Shown here: piece after piece, positions 58,237 through 64,000 of the stretch | Layout: the number at the start of each line of letters is the position of its first letter | How positions within the stretch are numbered: the stretch's first letter is position 1 | From: Eledone cirrhosa | Taxonomy: Eukaryota | NCBI GenBank assembly: GCA_964016885.1 | Contig: OZ024743.1 | Location: forward strand, 52,824,001 to 52,888,000 | Reading direction: 5' to 3' | DNA: 64,000 bases | Program-made: the position numbers and the translations under genes | The notes under the pieces: generated by a model | The model's database searches: none | What the model was told of the DNA's origin: nothing | Seen by the model: the letters and a program-made list of their open reading frames with translations, nothing else

Positions 58237-61200
58237 CACTGAAGATATATAGAATACGACTGGGGTCAACAAATGTAGCATCGGCGGATATGAAACATAC
58301 AGTGTTACTGGAATTTCCGTTTACTTCCGAAGATGGATGAGCTGTTGTTGTTGTTGTTGTGGTGGTGGTGGTGGTGGTGGTGGTGGTGGTGGTGTCTGCA
58401 AGAGGCACTACTACATCAGTAGACTGAGGTGTTTGTACGTCCCACGGATATACCGTCTGTTTTTGACCAATCATATCAGTTGTGACTTGCCAATTAACCC
58501 CATTATTTCGATTTGACTGAGCTTGATCCAAGTTTTTAACGGGTACCAAGAATGACATGAGAGTCGAACTTCTTTGTTCTGGCATTTGTAAACTCTCTTT
58601 CACAACTGAAATATTTGTTAGTGAGATTTGAACGTTCGTTGAACCGGTTCGAAATTCATTTTCCGATTCAGGACCAAGCGTCTCTGTTTCCAGTAGACTT
58701 CGTTTGACCCGCTTCAAGTAGCTGCGTTCAAACTTCTGTGGGTTCCCGTTCTCTACTGGGGTGTTAGATTTCCTCAAGAGCTCTGTTTTCTTACCAATTT
58801 TACCACGAGGCCACAACTGTGAGTTGTGTTTATTCCCCTTACGAAGCAGTCTGGACAGCGTTCGTTTGTTCCCCAAGACGTTCGTTTGTTCCCCAGCGTT
58901 CGTTTGTTCCCCATTATATTTCTGTATCTTTGCGATACGTTTCTGTGTGGTGGGTGTTTGATACGAACTCATCACTTGTACGTCTGCAACTGTGTGTGAG
59001 TTGTATGCCGTCTTTTGCTTATCTGGTCGATGGTTGGAGTTTTCCAGGGAAGTTTTACTGGACAAATGTAACACATAGGAAACATTTTGGTCCTTAAAAC
59101 TAGTTATGATAGTACTATTGGTGATGTTACTATTGTTGGTATTAATGATGGTTAGTGAGTTAGTGCGGCTGTCACTGGCGTTGGTTGTGTTAGTAAGGTT
59201 GCTCTTATTGTTAGTGATGGTCGTAGTATTTGTGGTGTTATTGGCGGTGCTAATGAGTTTGTTGGTAATGTTTATGCTAGAAGCACTTTTGTTAAGGGCG
59301 ATGCTCTTAGTGGTGTTAAGGGCATTGGTAGTGGTGGTGGTGGTAGGGCTAACAGCACTGATGGTGGTGGTAGTGGTGGTTTTAGAGGCGTTGTTGATGT
59401 CAGCTGTGTTGTTGGTGTTGGTAATATTCGTGTTTGGAGTATTGTTGGTGACGTTGGTGTGATTGTTAATAATACCAGTGTTGTTAGTGCCATGTGTCGT
59501 GGTGATGGTTGGGGAGTTAACGGTGACAGTAGTAGTGGAGAAAATGGTGTTGGACTTTGGTTTTCCCAAAGCTGCAGTTCTATTTGTGGTTGTTGTTCTA
59601 GCTGCTGTTGACGCCATCATCGTGCTCTTCCACTTCGTTTGAAGCTTAGTCTTTATAGTTTCTGCTGTGGGTACTATCGTGGGTCCTACTATGGGTCCTT
59701 CTGTAGGTCCTGCTGCATGTATTAGTGTAGGTCTTGCTGTAGGTACTATTGAGGACACTATTATGGTTGCTCCTGTGAGTAATATTGTGGGTTCTACTGT
59801 AGGTACTATTGTAGGTGGTACTGTAGGTGATATTGTGGGTGGTACTGTAGGTATTGCTGTAGGTGGTACTGTAGGTGGTACTGTAGCTACTATTGTGGGT
59901 GGTACTGTAGGTGATATTGTGGGTGGTACTGTAGGTATTGCTGTGGGTGGTACTGTAGCTACTATTGTGGGTGGTACTGTAGCTACTATTGTGGGTGGTA
60001 CTGTAGGTATTGCTGTAGGTGGTACTGTAGCTACTATTGTGGGTGGTACTGTAGGTATTGCTGTAGGTGGTACTGTAGGTATTGCTGTAGGTGGTACTGT
60101 AGCTACTATTGTGGGTGGTACTGTAGCTACTATTGTGGGTGGTACTGTAGGTGATATTGTGGGTGGTACTGTAGGTATTGCTGTGGGTGGTACTGTAGCT
60201 ACTATTGTGGGTGGTACTGTAGGTACTATTGTAGGTGGTACTGTAGGTAATGCTGTAGGTGGTACTGTAGGTATTGCTGTAGGTGGTACTGTAGGTACTA
60301 TTGTAGGTGGTACTGTAGGTAATGCTGTAGGTGGTACTGTAGGTATTGCTGTAGGTGGTACTGTAGGTACTATTGTAGGTGGTACTGTAGGTACTATTGT
60401 AGGTGGTACTGTAGGTACTATTGTAGGTGGTACTGTAGGTACTATTGTGGGTGGTACTGTAGGTAATGCTGTAGGTGGTACTGTAGGTATTGCTGTAGGT
60501 GGTACTGTAGGTATTGCTGTAGGTGGTACTGTAGGTATTGCTGTAGGTGGTACTGTAGGTATTGCTGTAGGTGGTACTGTAGCTACTATTGTGGGTGGTA
60601 CTGTAGCTACTATTGTAGGTGGTACTGTAGGTATTGCTGTAGGTGGTACTGTAGGTACTATTGTGGGTGGCACTGTAGGTATTGCTGTGGGTGGTACTGT
60701 AGGTACTATTGTAGGTGGTACTGTAGGTATTGCTGTAGGTGGTACTGTAGGTACTATTGTGGGTGGTACTGTAGGTACTATTGTAGGTGGTACTGTAGGT
60801 AATGCTGTGGGTGGTACTGTAGGTACTATTGTAGATCCTGCTGTGTGTAATGCTGTGAGTTCTTCTGTGGAAAATATTGTGGTTTCTGCTGAGGTCACCG
60901 TTTTAGGTCCTTCTGTTGGTGCCATTGTGGTTCCTGCTGTGGGTAATATTGACGGTTCTGCTGTAGGTCCCTCTTTGAGTGCTATTGGGTGTCCTGCTCC
61001 GTTAAACAGGGCCTGAAAAGATGTGTTTCTAAGGGATATCTGTTGATTCCTGAAAGTTGCATCTTCAACAATAGACATTCTCGGAAGTGGAATCTTAGCA
61101 GTGGGTCCCGGGACCTTAGAAGGTGCTGATTGCAGGGGTCCCGGGACCTTAGAAGGTGCTGTTTGCAGGGGTCCCGGGACCTTAGAAGGTGCTGTTTGCA

Positions 61201-63426
61201 GGTTGACATAAGTCTGGAATGTAGAAATGTCGGGTCGTAATAGGGTGTGTGTTAAGGGAAGAAACCTAGAAATGGTTGGATGGTTTATAAATATCGAATG
61301 TGCTCGGGTGGTGTGTGCTGTTAATATTGCTGTTGGTGACGTTGGTGGTGGTGTTTTGGGTGGTGTCTGTGGTGGTGGTGGTGTTTGGGGTGGTCCCTGT
61401 GGTGGGGGTGGTGTTTGGGGTGGTGTCTGTGGTGGTGGTGGTGTTTGTGGTGGTGGTGGTGTTTGTGGTGGTGGTGGTGTTTGTGGTGGTGGTGTTTGTG
61501 ATGGTGGTGGTGTTTGTGGTGGTGGTGGTGTTTGTGGTTGTGGTGTTTGTGGTGTTTGTGGTGGTGGTGGTGGTGGTGGTGGTGTTTGTGGTGGTGGTGT
61601 TTGTGGTGGTGGTGTTTGTGATGGTGGTGGTGTTTGTGGTGGTGGTGGTGTTTGTGGTTGTGGTGTTTGTGGTGTTTGTGGTGGTGGTGGTGGTGTTTGT
61701 GGTGGTGGTGTTTGTGATGGTGGTGGTGTTTGTGGTGGTGGTGGTGTTTGTGGTTGTGGTGTTTGTGGTGTTTGTGGTGGTGGTGGTGGTGGTGTTTGTG
61801 GTGGTGGTGTTTGTGGTTGTGGTGTTTGTGGTGTTTGTGGTGGTGGTGGTGGTGGTGTTTGTGGTGGTGGTGTTTGTGGTTGTGGTGTTTGTGGTGTTTG
61901 TGGTGGTGGTGGTGGTGGTGTTTGTGGTGGTGGTGTTTGTGGAGATGTTTGTGATGGTGGTGGTGTTTGTGGGGTAGGTGATGTTGCTAGAGGTGTTTGT
62001 GGGGGTGGAGGATGTGATGCTCGCGGCAATGGTAGTGGTACTGTAGGTAAAGACATCACCTCCATGACAGTATTCTGTCTCGTGGTTGTCAACTGGCCTT
62101 GAATAAATCGTGTTGTTGATGATGATGGTGATATTGGCGGCGACGGTAGTGGTGATGATGGCAGTTGTGGTGGTGGCTGTGGTGGTGGTGGTGATGTTGC
62201 TGCTGGTGTAGGTAGTGGTGGTGGCTGTGGTGGTGGTGGTGATGTTGCTGCTGGTGTAGGTAGTGGTGGTGATGGTGGTGTAGGTAGTGGTGGTGGCTGT
62301 GGTGGTGGTGGTGATGTTGCAGCTGGTGTAGGTAGTGGTGGTGGTGGTGGTGGTGATGATGTTGCAGCTGGTGTAGGTAGTGGTGGTGGTGGTGGTGATG
62401 TTGCAGCTGGTGTAGGTAGTGGTGGTGGTGGTGGTGGTGGTGTTGGTGGTGGTGATGTTGCAGCTGGTCTAGGTAGTGGTGGTGCTGGTGGTGTTGGTGG
62501 TGGTGATGTTGCAGCTGGTGTAGGTAGTGGTGGTGGTGGTGGTGGTGGTGTTGGTGGTGGTGATGTTGCAGCTGGTGTAGGTAGTGGTGGTGGTGGTGGT
62601 GATGTTGCAGCTGGTGTAGGTAGTGGTGGTGGTGGTGGTGGTGGTGGTGTTGGTGGTGGTGATGTTGCAGCTGGTGTAGGTGGTGGTGGTGGTGGTGATG
62701 TTGCAGCTGGTGTAGGTAGTGGTGGTGGTGGTGATGTTGCAGCTGGTGTAGGTAGTGGTGGTGGTGACGTAATTTTTGCCAACGAAGACTCAGTCAATAT
62801 ACGGTCGTTTCCCTCCGACTCTGGGGGCCAAACATAATCCTTTGATGGGTGAGACTGGGAAGAAGTCTGTGTTTGACCTCCCGATCCAGGGATCACATTC
62901 GGGTTACCAAAGGTCACAGTCTCGAATGGTACTCTATGTGTTTCTGCTACTGTTGTTGTCATTACTGATGTTGCTGTTGCTGTTGTTGTTGCTTTTGCCG
63001 TTGTTTCTGTTGTTGCCGTTGTTGTTGTTGTTGTTGTTGTTGTTCTGGCAGTGTTGATTAGTCTTGTTGAGTTTGGTTTCGTAGATACATTTGATATGAC
63101 ACCTGTAGTCAGATGGATTGACTTGGTCACGTGTGATTTATGTTCGATCCCCCGTGTTATTGGTTTGATCACGTGAGTCCGTCTGGTCACGGGTTCTGTT
63201 GGTCTTGTCACGTGATTTCTATCCGTTTTAGATCTAATCACATGTGTTTTTTTGAACACGTGTGTTGTTTGTCTGGCCATGTCTGTTTCCGATTCGGTTA
63301 CATCTGTTGTGGTGGGTCTTAGTCTGTCTGGTAAGGTCGGTGATGACGGGAGTGATGACGACGACGACGGTGGCGTTCGGAAGAAGAAAAATGGACGTCT
63401 GGGAAATATTCCTCCCTTACCCACAC
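58237..63426 (-). CDS. Giant 5,190-bp exon: Pro/Thr-rich mucin-like region ending in the first hemopexin blade
   Basis: Open frame of 1,730 codons including non-repetitive segments; acceptor CACCTCTACCACTAG and donor GTGAGT, phase 1 at both ends; repeats [16 protein letters not shown] and TVPPT(I/A)(V/I)P; ends [22 protein letters not shown]. Confidence 0.9.
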
Positions 63427-63886
63427 CTAGTGGTAGAGGTGAATGGTGAGATATTTACTAATAAAATATAATTCAAAAAATAGTAAAATATACTTCTAGA
63501 AAAATATACATATGGTTTTTGTTTTAGAAATTCTGAAATACTCTTCCAGAAACAGAGTACTGGAAATAATAAAATATAGTTCTAGAAATTTGGAAGCAGG
63601 GTTCTAGAATTCAATTTTTCTTTCTAAAAATAGTAACATAAGGTACTAGAAATACTAAAATATGATTCTAGAACTAGAAATAACAAAAGACAGTGCTAGA
63701 ATGATTAAAATATAATTTTGAAATAATAAATTTGATGTAAGAAATGTTAAAACTAAGTTTTTAGTGATATTAGATTGTATTCTATAAATACAGATATATA
63801 ACTCTAGAAAAACATTTTTAGAAATACCATGACTCTAAAATTGAATGTTTCTAGTGATATTAAAATACAAAGATATAAAAGTAAAA

Positions 63887-64000
63887 ATAATTGTTTCTAC
63901 TTTTAGCACAAGGCCAGCAATTAACCAGTGTATTACTGGTACTTTATTTTATCGACCCCGTAAGGATGAAAGGCAAAGTTAACCTCGACGGGATTTGAAC
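63887..64000 (-). mobile_element. SINE family 1, cut by the window edge
   Basis: Tail, core and B box present. Confidence 0.85.

Noticed and set aside
59106-62102. Plus-strand Gly/Val/Cys-rich ORFs (449, 291 and 225 aa)
   Set aside because: Antisense shadows of the mucin repeats; splice signals and domain content support the minus strand.

Overview
AT-rich animal genomic DNA packed with (TA)n, (CA)n and (GATA)n microsatellites and tRNA-derived SINEs; the repeat landscape suggests a cephalopod such as octopus (inference). The one host gene found is on the minus strand and enters from the right edge. Four in-phase exons (63426-58237, 57683-57523, 56770-56614, 53285-53038) encode a ~1,700-aa Pro/Thr-rich mucin-like linker followed by a complete four-bladed hemopexin domain (MMP-like or lubricin-like). 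Mobile DNA includes two full-length Tx1-clade LINEs in tandem inside (GATA)n, a Penelope-like element (RT + GIY-YIG) with a ~1.7-kb inverted 3' copy, a second PLE RT fragment, an internally deleted mariner with long TIRs, a CRE-like LINE remnant and MITE/Helitron-like pieces. The most striking signal is a set of about seven unrelated families of short elements carrying type I hammerhead ribozymes. They lie almost always in (TA)n tracts and often form foldback palindromes whose apex is at or next to the CUGANGA core. They include a U3-A8 core variant, a ribozyme with a ~115-nt stem II region, and a direct-repeat retrozyme-like element. Coordinates were read by eye and repeat boundaries may be off by a few bases.
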